From Oligoflexales bacterium (lineage in GTDB: Bacteria; Bdellovibrionota_B; Oligoflexia; Oligoflexales; Bog-1112): a stretch of 64,000 nt of DNA. The position numbers and the translations under genes are program-made. The DNA lies in assembly GCA_045105515.1 (NCBI GenBank), contig JBGCDR010000181.1, forward strand, positions 1-64,000. The letters run 5' to 3'. The notes below the pieces were generated by a model, which made no database searches, was not told where the DNA came from, and saw nothing but the letters and a program-made list of their open reading frames with translations. Below are positions 29,303-38,734 of this stretch, piece by piece. Every line of letters starts with the position of its first letter. The stretch's first letter is position 1.

Positions 29303-30332
29303 TATATCCGTCTTAATGAAGTCCTACAAGATTCAATTCGAGCCTATCCCTTTTATTGCCCGTTCCCTAACCGAAAGTTTCCCAAAACGATTTAATACTA
29401 GCAAATTACTGATTAGTGGGCTTTATAAAGTAGTTGGCTCCACCCAAGTCAAATGCGACCAGTACTTTATCAACGCTCCAGAACAGCGCCAAGCATTTAA
29501 TGATTTAAGCCGTTTTGACCCAATCACTGAACTGATTCACATAGACTTTCTTCCTTTTAAACAGTTGCTAAAGCTACTGGAGACATGGAAACAGCCAACC
29601 TCACTTTCGATCTATGATCATCAAGATTACAAAATAGACAAACCTCTGTGTGAGCTAGCACAAGCACTCCACGGAATTTATCCAAATTTGCAGTCCGATC
29701 TTGGGAAACGTTATCTTGACGAATCTTTGAACAGCGACCTTCTCAATAAGCATTTTCCATATACTGATGATGCCTTAGTATTGCAAGAAAGACCGGGAAA
29801 AATGGTCATTTGGAACCCTCGAATGGCTTGCGAACAAGGATTCTCTCAAAAGTACAAAAATGTATCGAGCGAACATGTACAAAAAAAATCGCTAATGAAT
29901 GTTGGAAGAACTCAAGGTTTGGTGAGCATGATTGTTTGGGAAGGGCACGACCATCCGCACACCGTACATAAGCAACTAAGCGCTATGTCTTATAGACTTG
30001 AAGACCATGGATTTGACCTTACAGCACCCGAAAAAATTACTGACAAGATTTGGGATTTTGCCAAATCGATCTTCGCAAACCAAGGTGATAGTAAAGTACA
30101 TATCTACTTATCTTGTCCTTTTCAGACCATCACCAATGCTTTAATGCAGTCCTTTGGAAAAGTTTTATCTGGTAAACCACTTTCTTTCAAGGTTCATGAT
30201 CTTATAACTGGATACAGCCCTAAGCTCTCATTTATGAGTTTTCTATCTTCAATTGAAGAAGCTGCTATTTTCGTAGATTTAAGTGATTTTCCAGAAGTCG
30301 TTTGCGTTGTTGGCCAAAATGAAGGGGGCTGA
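29286..30332 (+). CDS. Hypothetical protein, possibly a highly degenerate thiolase-fold protein
   Basis: 348-aa ORF directly upstream of a FadJ-like gene; only weak pattern similarity to thiolase. Confidence 0.5.
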   Translation: MKKSNDISVLMKSYKIQFEPIPFIARSLTESFPKRFNTSKLLISGLYKVVGSTQVKCDQYFINAPEQRQAFNDLSRFDPITELIHIDFLPFKQLLKLLETWKQPTSLSIYDHQDYKIDKPLCELAQALHGIYPNLQSDLGKRYLDESLNSDLLNKHFPYTDDALVLQERPGKMVIWNPRMACEQGFSQKYKNVSSEHVQKKSLMNVGRTQGLVSMIVWEGHDHPHTVHKQLSAMSYRLEDHGFDLTAPEKITDKIWDFAKSIFANQGDSKVHIYLSCPFQTITNALMQSFGKVLSGKPLSFKVHDLITGYSPKLSFMSFLSSIEEAAIFVDLSDFPEVVCVVGQNEGG

Positions 30333-30334
30333 TT

Positions 30335-32182
30335 TTGGAAAGCTATATTAAAGATGATATCGGGTTCATAAATATCGAACCTCACGCTGACCTAATCAGC
30401 GAAAAAGGTTTTGAATATCTTAAAAATCTTAGATCCGAACTCCTAGAGTTCTCTAAGCAAAAGTTAAGCACTATTTTTTTCATCCAGCTGGAAAAAGTAG
30501 AAGATAATTTGGAGTGCTGGGAAAAAAAAACAAGAAACGATCTTTTGCTACATGATTTATACAAAAAAATTCTATTTCTTAGATCAGTTCTTTATTTTAT
30601 TCATAACAGCGCACAACAATTTATCTATATAGGTGGAGATAGCTGTCTTGGATCTTTTTGGGAACTAGCTTTATGCTGCGATAAACGTATGTGGTTTGCG
30701 GCTGATGGCACTGTAGGATTCCCCGAAATAGATCTAGGATTTTCTCCATTAGGGGGAAGTCTAGAACATCTTGCCGAGGAATCCTCTAGAACCAAGGATC
30801 AATGGTTTGAGCAATCTACCTTGACTCTTACTAGAGCAAAAGAAAAAGGTTTTATAGATTTTTTAGGTGGCTCAACGTTTCATCCCGAGTACGCTATTAA
30901 TTGGGTCAAAGAGAATTCGCAGGGATCAAGTAATAGAAAAGTACAACCGGAAACTAACTTTAAGCCACTTGAGTGGGACAAAATCCAGGAACTAGAAAAA
31001 CAATGGTTAGCTATTAAACGGATCACAAACTTATCTCAGTCATGGGAATATGCCTGGAGTCTCAATAAATCAAAACGCTGGTTCAAAACTTCACAGGAAT
31101 ACGAAAATTTAATCTCTTTTGTCTTAGGTAGATTCATTCTCGCTCCTTCATTAAAAAGGCTTGCAACAAAAGTAGATATTGGCAAATTTCAGGCTGAACA
31201 TATTGATCATAAGGTTGTATATATAGATAGTGAACTGTGGGCACCACCACTCGAAATCTTTGGCTACCTTCTAATGAATCAATATAGGATCGTATTCTTT
31301 GGTGAAAATCCAAAAGTTTTAGCTTCGCTACTTGAACGTATGTTTCTTAAATTAGATCGATTGGAAGATAAACAGCTTTTAAAAAAACTCTGGTCAAAAT
31401 ATGTCAGTTGGTTTCATGGAAACAAAATCGGTCCAAAATCTATCGCAATTAGATGGAACATCGGTGATACCATTGAGATCTTTTTCAACAACAGAACATT
31501 TCATTTCCTCAATTTAGAAAGTAACCTTTTTGATGCCAAAAAAGGTTATATGGAAAGAGTAGCTCCTAGTACTGATCAAATTGAAGAAAAAAGAGTAGAG
31601 GACCTAGTCAATAAAATAAGTTTTGGAGTTATTAAAGAAAAGATTATAGGCAAAGATACTCCTATCAGCAGTTGGATTAGATTAATGATCCTCCAAGAGA
31701 TCATTAAATTAGCAAACAATTTTGAAGGTGAAATTGACAAACTCTTATCTAGTCTGAATCAAAAAGGATGGAGGTTTGCAGGATCTGAAGAAAGATGGGG
31801 TCATTTTCTTCAGACCAGGAGAGGAAGTATTTATCCAGACAAAGGAGTTTGCTTTCCGGGCAAGGATATTTGGAACCTTGGAAGGTGGAAGCAAGTTTAT
31901 ACCCTTCTCCAACCAAAGAAAAAATCCTCTAGATATTGGAACCCTGCAGAAATGGAAGTTCACTTAAGCCTATACTTACTTGCACTTAGTGAGTACTTAT
32001 GTAGAAAAAATTTCTTTCAACATGAAAAACAATCTTTATTACTACTTAGCGAAGCAATTGGCTTTCCCCGAGGCTTAGGAAACCCAAAGGACTATATGCT
32101 GTGCTGGGGAAGAAGAAGGTACAACTTATATAAGAATCGATTTTGGCCTTACTTAGAGAACACAAAAGGAATCAGCCAATGA
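30335..32182 (+). CDS. Divergent FadJ/FadB-like protein: crotonase domain plus degenerate dehydrogenase region
   Basis: CLGSFWELALCCD and VGFPEIDLGFSPLGG crotonase motifs; C-terminal IGFPRGLGNP; no GxGxxG. Confidence 0.6.
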   Translation: MESYIKDDIGFINIEPHADLISEKGFEYLKNLRSELLEFSKQKLSTIFFIQLEKVEDNLECWEKKTRNDLLLHDLYKKILFLRSVLYFIHNSAQQFIYIGGDSCLGSFWELALCCDKRMWFAADGTVGFPEIDLGFSPLGGSLEHLAEESSRTKDQWFEQSTLTLTRAKEKGFIDFLGGSTFHPEYAINWVKENSQGSSNRKVQPETNFKPLEWDKIQELEKQWLAIKRITNLSQSWEYAWSLNKSKRWFKTSQEYENLISFVLGRFILAPSLKRLATKVDIGKFQAEHIDHKVVYIDSELWAPPLEIFGYLLMNQYRIVFFGENPKVLASLLERMFLKLDRLEDKQLLKKLWSKYVSWFHGNKIGPKSIAIRWNIGDTIEIFFNNRTFHFLNLESNLFDAKKGYMERVAPSTDQIEEKRVEDLVNKISFGVIKEKIIGKDTPISSWIRLMILQEIIKLANNFEGEIDKLLSSLNQKGWRFAGSEERWGHFLQTRRGSIYPDKGVCFPGKDIWNLGRWKQVYTLLQPKKKSSRYWNPAEMEVHLSLYLLALSEYLCRKNFFQHEKQSLLLLSEAIGFPRGLGNPKDYMLCWGRRRYNLYKNRFWPYLENTKGISQ

Positions 32183-33063
32183 GCTTTAGAGTAAAATTAG
32201 AGCAATCCATAGAAAAAAAGAACTCCAGTCTATGCATTGGAATAGATCCTCACCAAAATTCATGGCCTCCACTATTCGAAAAAATCGAGCAAGAACAAGG
32301 GCGATTAAAAGCGATTTCATATTGGGCACATAGTACCTTAGAAATTGCAGCTTCAAGAATACCTGCTGTAAAGTTTCAAAGTGCTATGTTTGAATCTTAT
32401 GGATCAGAAGGTTTTCACCTACTCCACGAACTTTGTTTAAAAGCAAAAGAATATGGATTCCATGTTATCCTTGATGCCAAAAGAGCTGATATCTCCTCGA
32501 CCATGGAAGCATATGGAAGAAGCGCCTTCGAAATTTTTCAAGCAGATAGTCTTACAGTTTTACCTTATATGGGTTCAGATATTTTAGTGGCTTTAGCACC
32601 TTGGTTAAGAGATGGAAAAGGTATCTATATTGTCTGGATCAGCTCTAACTCATCAGGTCAGGAAGTACAGCTTCTAGAAACTGCCGACAAAAAAACTACT
32701 GCTCACAGGGTACTAGAATGCTTTGAAGCCCGGTCTGCGGAACTCTCGATAGAGAATTCATTTGGATTGGTTTTAGGGGCAACAATGCTCGACATTCTTA
32801 ATGAGGATCTTTGGAAAAGTGCTCAAACTTACCCTTTGCTTCTCCCGGGACTTGGAGCACAGGGTGCTTCACCTGAGCACCCTAAGATAAAAAGACTTAG
32901 CGAGCTTGGTTCGAACCTCCTCCCCATATCTAGATCCTTGACCGGTATAGGGGACAAGGGAACCGACTTATCTGGTCTGACTACCCTAGATGAGTTTCAA
33001 AGAGCCCTTAACTCAAGAATTAGCAAATATTTAAGGCCACTTACAGTAAAACCTCCCTATTGA
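32179..33063 (+). CDS. pyrF: Orotidine-5'-phosphate decarboxylase
   Basis: LCIGIDP, VKFQSAMFE, ILDAKRADISST, GLVLGAT, LLPGLGAQG; ATGA overlap with the previous gene. Confidence 0.93.
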   Translation: MSFRVKLEQSIEKKNSSLCIGIDPHQNSWPPLFEKIEQEQGRLKAISYWAHSTLEIAASRIPAVKFQSAMFESYGSEGFHLLHELCLKAKEYGFHVILDAKRADISSTMEAYGRSAFEIFQADSLTVLPYMGSDILVALAPWLRDGKGIYIVWISSNSSGQEVQLLETADKKTTAHRVLECFEARSAELSIENSFGLVLGATMLDILNEDLWKSAQTYPLLLPGLGAQGASPEHPKIKRLSELGSNLLPISRSLTGIGDKGTDLSGLTTLDEFQRALNSRISKYLRPLTVKPPY

Positions 33064-33064
33064 G

Positions 33065-33110
33065 TGTCATAAATGCAACACTTCTAGTACATTGTGTCAT
33101 TAGCGCAACA
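33065..33110. promoter_or_regulatory. Tandem enhancer (bEBP UAS)-like sites
   Basis: TGTCATAAATGCAACA (33065-33080) and TGTCATTAGCGCAACA (33095-33110), both TGT-N10-ACA, 30 bp apart. Confidence 0.65.
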
Positions 33111-33272
33111 TTCCTTAACTAAAAGGATTTTCCTCTGAGGGGAATGTTCCGCATTCATCCAAGTGCATGATATTCTTAGATAGGTAGCCAATCTACTGTT
33201 ATTACGTCTAAATATCAAGCTCACTCATGCTGAAGTATTTTGACATTGGTTTCAGCTGGATTCAACAGAACA

Positions 33273-33288
33273 TGGTACGATTATTGCA
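33273..33288 (+). promoter_or_regulatory. Sigma54 (-24/-12) promoter upstream of lpxC
   Basis: TGGTACGATTATTGCA, exact GG-N10-GC spacing. Confidence 0.75.
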
Positions 33289-33437
33289 TTTTATTTATCG
33301 TAGCCCTGAATCCAGTCTTTTTGATAAATATAATCATCTGGAATAATGGGATTTTTTGTGAAGACCTTAGCTTTAGCCTCAAACGTGGCAAGCTCTCCGT
33401 GTCTTTTTTTCATTGGCTCGATTTTAGGTTGGAATGC

Positions 33438-34406
33438 ATGACAAGATTCGACATAAGTAACTATCAAGGCACAATCACCCGTAACATCAGATTTGCTGGA
33501 GTAGGACTTCACACTGGCAAGCTCGTCGAACTTGACGTGTTGCCCGCATCACCAAATACTGGCATCAGATTCATCAGATTGGACGTTCCAAATCCCCAAC
33601 CAATACTTGCACATCCTAACAATATTACATCGACAACTTTATGTACTACCATTGGCAACAGCGATTATTCCATTTCAACAATAGAGCACCTCATGGCTGC
33701 ATTTGCTGGCTTGGGCATTGACAATGCTTTAGTTCAGGTTAACGCTTGCGAGCTTCCTATTCTTGATGGGAGCGCCGCTCCATTCGTAGATAAGTTAAAT
33801 GAGGTGGGGATCCAGATTCAGAGTACAAAGCGTAAAATTATCATCCCAAAACGAGCCATAGAAGTTCAAAATGGTGATCAATTTATGCGTTTGGAGCCAC
33901 TTAGTGACTCTCGTGACGAACAGATCAAAAACCCATATCTTGATATTTCTTGTTCGATAGACTTTCCTTTTAGCAAAGTTATTGGACAGCAAAAAATAGA
34001 GGTTAACTTCTCAAGACGTAATTTTATGGACCTATGTGAAGCGAGAACTTTCTGCCACGTGGATGACGTGTCTATGATGCGGAAAAAAGGTTTGGCTCAA
34101 GGTGGTTCTTTAGATAATGCTGTTGTGGTCAACCATGAAAAAGTTATGAACAATGATGGTTTAAGGTATAACGATGAATTCGTTAGGCACAAACTATTAG
34201 ACTGTATCGGTGACTTAGCCCTGTTAGGAGGCAGGCTCACCGGCAGACTTACTCTTCACAAAGCTGGACATGGCCTACATGCTCAATTCACTAAAAAAGT
34301 ATTGGCTGAAGATACTTGTACCACTGTTCCTAGTAATTTGGATGATAAACGCATCAATGCTGTCGAGGGCATGGGTTTAGCTGCTATGGCAAAAAAACAA
34401 CCATGA
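33438..34406 (+). CDS. lpxC: UDP-3-O-acyl-N-acetylglucosamine deacetylase
   Basis: GVGLHTG, STIEHLMAA, PILDGSA, ARTF, GGSLDNA, EFVRHKLLDCIGDL, GHGLH; start at ATG 33438 (ORF open from 33240). Confidence 0.96.
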   Translation: MTRFDISNYQGTITRNIRFAGVGLHTGKLVELDVLPASPNTGIRFIRLDVPNPQPILAHPNNITSTTLCTTIGNSDYSISTIEHLMAAFAGLGIDNALVQVNACELPILDGSAAPFVDKLNEVGIQIQSTKRKIIIPKRAIEVQNGDQFMRLEPLSDSRDEQIKNPYLDISCSIDFPFSKVIGQQKIEVNFSRRNFMDLCEARTFCHVDDVSMMRKKGLAQGGSLDNAVVVNHEKVMNNDGLRYNDEFVRHKLLDCIGDLALLGGRLTGRLTLHKAGHGLHAQFTKKVLAEDTCTTVPSNLDDKRINAVEGMGLAAMAKKQP

Positions 34407-34416
34407 AGTAAAGTTC

Positions 34417-35400
34417 CTACAAACCTTTGCTTGGTTCTGATTCAATAAGACCATCCAAGATTTTTTTTGCAGGCCCAAACCATTTTTTTTCACCAAGTAA
34501 CCTAAGAATAGTGCCAAGTTTCTGAGTTGAACAGAGGGCTTTTTTCAAACTTTTCCACTCAATCTCCTCAGCAAGGATCTCCATCCAATCTAAACGATCT
34601 GACCTGACTACCAATTTAAGAAGTTTTTCTACGAACTCTTCGTTTTCCTTATATTCAGGTAAAAAAGCCAACATTTCTTCCCAGGCTTTCTTGTGCCAAG
34701 AAAAAAGATAAGGAGCATCTAGTACCACAACAGCCATAAAAAACGATATTTCAGGATTTGAACCCACGACCTTCAAACAACTTTGCAATGAATCAAATGC
34801 CCCTTGATACTTTTTTTCCAACCAAAAAGCCTTTGCAAGTTGAAACCATGCTAATACTTCTTGTTCATCTGCAGCTGTAGCATCTTCCAACACTGGGATC
34901 GCTGCCGCTGACATTCCAGATTCCAGAAGAGCCTGACCCTTGAGAGTTAGGATGGGTGCATAGGATACCTGAACCTGGTCACAAATATCTAAGCATGAAT
35001 CATAGTCATTTTGATTAAAAGCTGACCATGCCGCCAAAAAATAAAAACTAACCAGCCCCGTATTTACTGCAGCTTTCTGCATCAAAAGAAAAAATTCATC
35101 TTCCTTTCCAATAGCAAATGCATCATAACCCCAGCTTGATATAATTTGTGCAAGAGAAACCCCTGAAAAATCAAAGAACCTCTCAATCTCCTGATAATCT
35201 ATGAGAATATTCTCTGACTCTTTTAGCAAGCGTGATAAAGCACTATGCCATATTATTGATGCTTCAGTGGGCCTTAGTGTAAGTGCACGACAAAATTGCC
35301 ATACGATATGCTCTACCGGATCCTCTTCAAATGTGGGATATATATCTGAGTTTTCTTGGTACCATCGACTTAAACTGGGAAATTCGTCAAGATGGGGCAT
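34417..35400 (-). CDS. TPR-containing hypothetical protein
   Basis: Helical repeats (LKGQALLESG, AWFQLAKAFW). Confidence 0.65.
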   Translation of the reverse strand: MPHLDEFPSLSRWYQENSDIYPTFEEDPVEHIVWQFCRALTLRPTEASIIWHSALSRLLKESENILIDYQEIERFFDFSGVSLAQIISSWGYDAFAIGKEDEFFLLMQKAAVNTGLVSFYFLAAWSAFNQNDYDSCLDICDQVQVSYAPILTLKGQALLESGMSAAAIPVLEDATAADEQEVLAWFQLAKAFWLEKKYQGAFDSLQSCLKVVGSNPEISFFMAVVVLDAPYLFSWHKKAWEEMLAFLPEYKENEEFVEKLLKLVVRSDRLDWMEILAEEIEWKSLKKALCSTQKLGTILRLLGEKKWFGPAKKILDGLIESEPSKGL

Positions 35401-35589
35401 AATTAACCTTCGAAAATGTCATTTTCTTTTTCACACTGTTTCAATTAGTCATCTAGCAATTTATCAAATTTTATCACATTTCTCATGTAATCATTAAGTT
35501 TTTATCAGCTGATGTCCGTTGAATTTTCGAATATTTCATTGTAAGAATTTTTTATGTAAAAATGACGTAGCTGCTCAACGAGGATATGG

Positions 35590-36945
35590 ATGGCCTACAA
35601 GATTTTGCTTGGAATCATAATTGGTAGGCTTATTCAAGATCATTATAATATATTGATTGATGTATTTTTCAATAGATGGCCTGCTCCTATGTTTGCCTTC
35701 ATCATCTCTCATATATTGAAGAAGCACAGGTTATTTCATTCCTTTGTTCTTATCTTGTATGGATCCGTTTCTGCTCTAGGCACCCCTCAATTTCAAAACA
35801 CCTCGCTAAACTCTGCAAAGGTAATTTACACAAATATGTTTGGCTTAAGTTCTAAACTAGCAATAGTCCAAAGTGACACGAAAAGATATTTAGTCAAAGG
35901 ATCAAAGCTCCTCCCCAATTTGGAGGGTACAGTTGAACATGGTCAATTCAAGCCTCAATTTCAAATTCCAGGTAAATATCATCCATGGTCAAATGTTCAA
36001 ATTTGGTCAACGAAGCTATCTAGTTTTATCCAAAGACAAATATCTACACTTCCTCATTCAATAAAAACCTGGATAGAGGCGCTTTTACTAGGAAAAGTAG
36101 GCACTATTTCCAAAGATTTGCAAGATGCACTAAAATTCCTCGGGATTTATCATATTGCAATTATTAGTGGGCTCCATCTAAGCATATTGAGTAAACTTCT
36201 AAACCAAGCTCTCTATATGCCAATAAATTTTTTGTATAGCATAAGAGTTTTATCGCCCACTTTGCATATCCTTTCCAAACTATTTTCAGATTTAGTTTTT
36301 TTATTTTTTTTGATTATATATGCAGAGTCATTATGTTTTACGCAACCGATCCAAAGAGCAATAATTCTTTTTGGTATGGGATTAATCCATTCGCTTTTTT
36401 GGGGTAAATCACAGCAATTTAGTCAGATACCTTACTATCTTTGCTGCCAGGCTTTGATATTTCCTTTAGGATTTTTTAGTTTCTCAACCTTCATGAGTTG
36501 GGGAGCGTATTTTGTCGCTGTTTCACCTGAACATCAAATATTTGGTCCGATCATCTGGCAAAAAATAGCAAAACAGCTGCTCCTCACACTGTTATGTTTT
36601 TCTATTTTTGGTGAGCTCAGCCTAGCCGGTATAATCATCAACTTAATTTTAAATTTTTTTCTACCTAGTTTATTGATTAGTGCAATTACACTAATTTTCG
36701 TCACCGGAAATTATTTCCAAATAGAATTGATACTGGTTGAATATCACAAGAAATTTCAAGAAATTTGTATTTACTTATACAATAATTTAGGTAGTTATCA
36801 ATTCTTATATATTAAATTGTATGACTACAGTCTCTTAAGAACGATAGTCGGGCTAGTCGTTAGTTTATGCGTACTCATAATTTACTCAGACAGGTCGATA
36901 AAGAGCGAGCCATACAACAAACTGAATGGACCAAGCCATGCTTAG
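35590..36945 (+). CDS. comEC: ComEC/Rec2 family competence membrane protein (core domain only)
   Basis: ALLLG...LGIYHIAIISGLHLS, PIQRA, multiple TM segments. Confidence 0.75.
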   Translation: MAYKILLGIIIGRLIQDHYNILIDVFFNRWPAPMFAFIISHILKKHRLFHSFVLILYGSVSALGTPQFQNTSLNSAKVIYTNMFGLSSKLAIVQSDTKRYLVKGSKLLPNLEGTVEHGQFKPQFQIPGKYHPWSNVQIWSTKLSSFIQRQISTLPHSIKTWIEALLLGKVGTISKDLQDALKFLGIYHIAIISGLHLSILSKLLNQALYMPINFLYSIRVLSPTLHILSKLFSDLVFLFFLIIYAESLCFTQPIQRAIILFGMGLIHSLFWGKSQQFSQIPYYLCCQALIFPLGFFSFSTFMSWGAYFVAVSPEHQIFGPIIWQKIAKQLLLTLLCFSIFGELSLAGIIINLILNFFLPSLLISAITLIFVTGNYFQIELILVEYHKKFQEICIYLYNNLGSYQFLYIKLYDYSLLRTIVGLVVSLCVLIIYSDRSIKSEPYNKLNGPSHA

Positions 36946-37378
36946 AGATTTAAAAGTACTTATAGTAGAAGATTCCCCGCTAGTGCAAAAACAAATAACC
37001 CTAGCATTTGAAGATGCTGGCTTTGATGTCATCGGAAAAGCTCAAAACGGTGTGGAAGCGCTGATGAAATGCAAGAAAGTTCAACCCGATCTAATAAGTA
37101 TCGATGTCATTATGCCAGAAATGCATGGAATAGATTTGTATAAGCAAATAAAAAAACTGTACCCAGATATAAAGTGCTTATTCATAACCTGTTTACGATC
37201 AGACCAAATCAAGGATGCATTCCCAAATGAAATACAACCTTTCCAATTCCTTGACAAACCAACAAATCCTGAGACTCTATATGCTGCTGTGGAAACTCTC
37301 TACGAAACCCCTACTCAGGAAACTGAGCCAACTAACGATGAAAAAAGCCCAGAGCTCCCGACCCAAGGAGCATCATAA
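36926..37378 (+). CDS. Single-domain response regulator
   Basis: VLIVEDS, AQNGVEA, IDVIMPEMHG, LDKP. Confidence 0.88.
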   Translation: MDQAMLRDLKVLIVEDSPLVQKQITLAFEDAGFDVIGKAQNGVEALMKCKKVQPDLISIDVIMPEMHGIDLYKQIKKLYPDIKCLFITCLRSDQIKDAFPNEIQPFQFLDKPTNPETLYAAVETLYETPTQETEPTNDEKSPELPTQGAS

Positions 37379-38530
37379 CTATTCCGGTGCAGTACCAACA
37401 TCTGGTTTCAATCCTTGTTTTATGAAGGTCGTTCTATTCAAACGATTAGAGGGTGAGCTCGATTTAACAGTTGCCATATAACCACTTAGAAGAGCTACCA
37501 AGAGCGAAAAAAGCCCTACTAAGAGAAAAGCGTTATGCCATACCGCACCAAGAAGGAAGAGTCCAAACGTAGCAATTCCGCAAACAATAGCGTTGATCAA
37601 AAGCTTATCTTTTTTGACTATGGACATTTCGCCTTTTAAAATGCCTCCCGCATAGCCTTCAAGCATCACATTTTTTTCCCTGGCTTTATGGAAATGTTTA
37701 AGCACACTCGCAGGTTGGTATATATACCTAGCATGCCAAAATGGAAGGTGAATCAGTTGGATACCAGCTATTTCTAATTCACTCCTTGTATCGACCAAAA
37801 TTTCAACATTCAGTTTTGCCAGAGCATGGTGGTAGTTTGTCACGTGATTACGGGCCCTCCGTAAGGCCTCTTCCTCTGATACTTGAATAGTTAATATTGG
37901 CAGGCCATTAGCATACTTAAACTCGAAAAATTCGCGAACATCATAGGCGGAAAGCTCATCATCACCTGATTTTGAGGTCTTTATACCTAGGCTAGGATCA
38001 ATCCTACCTCTTGAAAAAGTAGAATCTAAAGGAAAACCATCCCAGTCAACTTCAAGCTGCTCCTTAGGTTCGTGAAGATGAGTCATTCCCCAATTTTCGC
38101 AAAGATTTTTACGGGCTGAAATAGCCCAACGATAGTTTCTCCTAAACTGGCCTTCTTCCATAATATAGTTAGCGCCTAATCCGTGATCTAAGGCAGATTT
38201 TTGGCGTTTTACTAGGCCTTTCCACATGGTATGGGCTTCAAGGGACACAATCCAGAATGGGATGGAAAAACCATTAATATCAGTAATAAAGTATTCTTTG
38301 TCTACATTCTCAGCATGGTGATGAAGGCGTTTGATCCACTCGGTAAAAATTGCCTTTACTTGCCTTTGATCGCAAGAATTAGGAACAATATAGTGATCTG
38401 AATATATTTCCTTTTTCCCGGTTTCCATGGATATTCTAAAGGTTACCGAACAAAAGGGGCACATAAGGAGCTTATCCATCAGGTCATATTGGGAAGGTGC
38501 ATTACAGCTCGGACAGGCTAACTCATGCAT
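37379..38530 (-). CDS. Zinc-ribbon protein with two C-terminal TM helices
   Basis: CPSC...CPFC, IPFWIV, HLPFW; start at ATG 38530 after AAGGAG. Confidence 0.7.
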   Translation of the reverse strand: MHELACPSCNAPSQYDLMDKLLMCPFCSVTFRISMETGKKEIYSDHYIVPNSCDQRQVKAIFTEWIKRLHHHAENVDKEYFITDINGFSIPFWIVSLEAHTMWKGLVKRQKSALDHGLGANYIMEEGQFRRNYRWAISARKNLCENWGMTHLHEPKEQLEVDWDGFPLDSTFSRGRIDPSLGIKTSKSGDDELSAYDVREFFEFKYANGLPILTIQVSEEEALRRARNHVTNYHHALAKLNVEILVDTRSELEIAGIQLIHLPFWHARYIYQPASVLKHFHKAREKNVMLEGYAGGILKGEMSIVKKDKLLINAIVCGIATFGLFLLGAVWHNAFLLVGLFSLLVALLSGYMATVKSSSPSNRLNRTTFIKQGLKPDVGTAPE

Positions 38531-38734
38531 AGGCCGAATCTCCTTAGGGTGTGGTCCACAAGATAATTTTAGCACGCATAGAGTTGACAAGACACGGATC
38601 GGCATTAGTTTGTGGTTATCAGGCAGGCAGGACTGCAGAAGACAGATTTCTTGCAAGCCCTAAAAGCTATAACTAAATGATTTTACTAAATTATTTTATA
38701 TTCAAATAACTCACTCATAGAATGGAGAGAAGGC

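Noticed and set aside
38569..38680. CIRCE or sigma32 element upstream of dnaK
   Set aside because: TTAGCACGC lacks a correctly spaced GAGTGCTAA arm and there is no convincing CCCCAT box; only a plausible TTGACA-N16-TAGTTT is present
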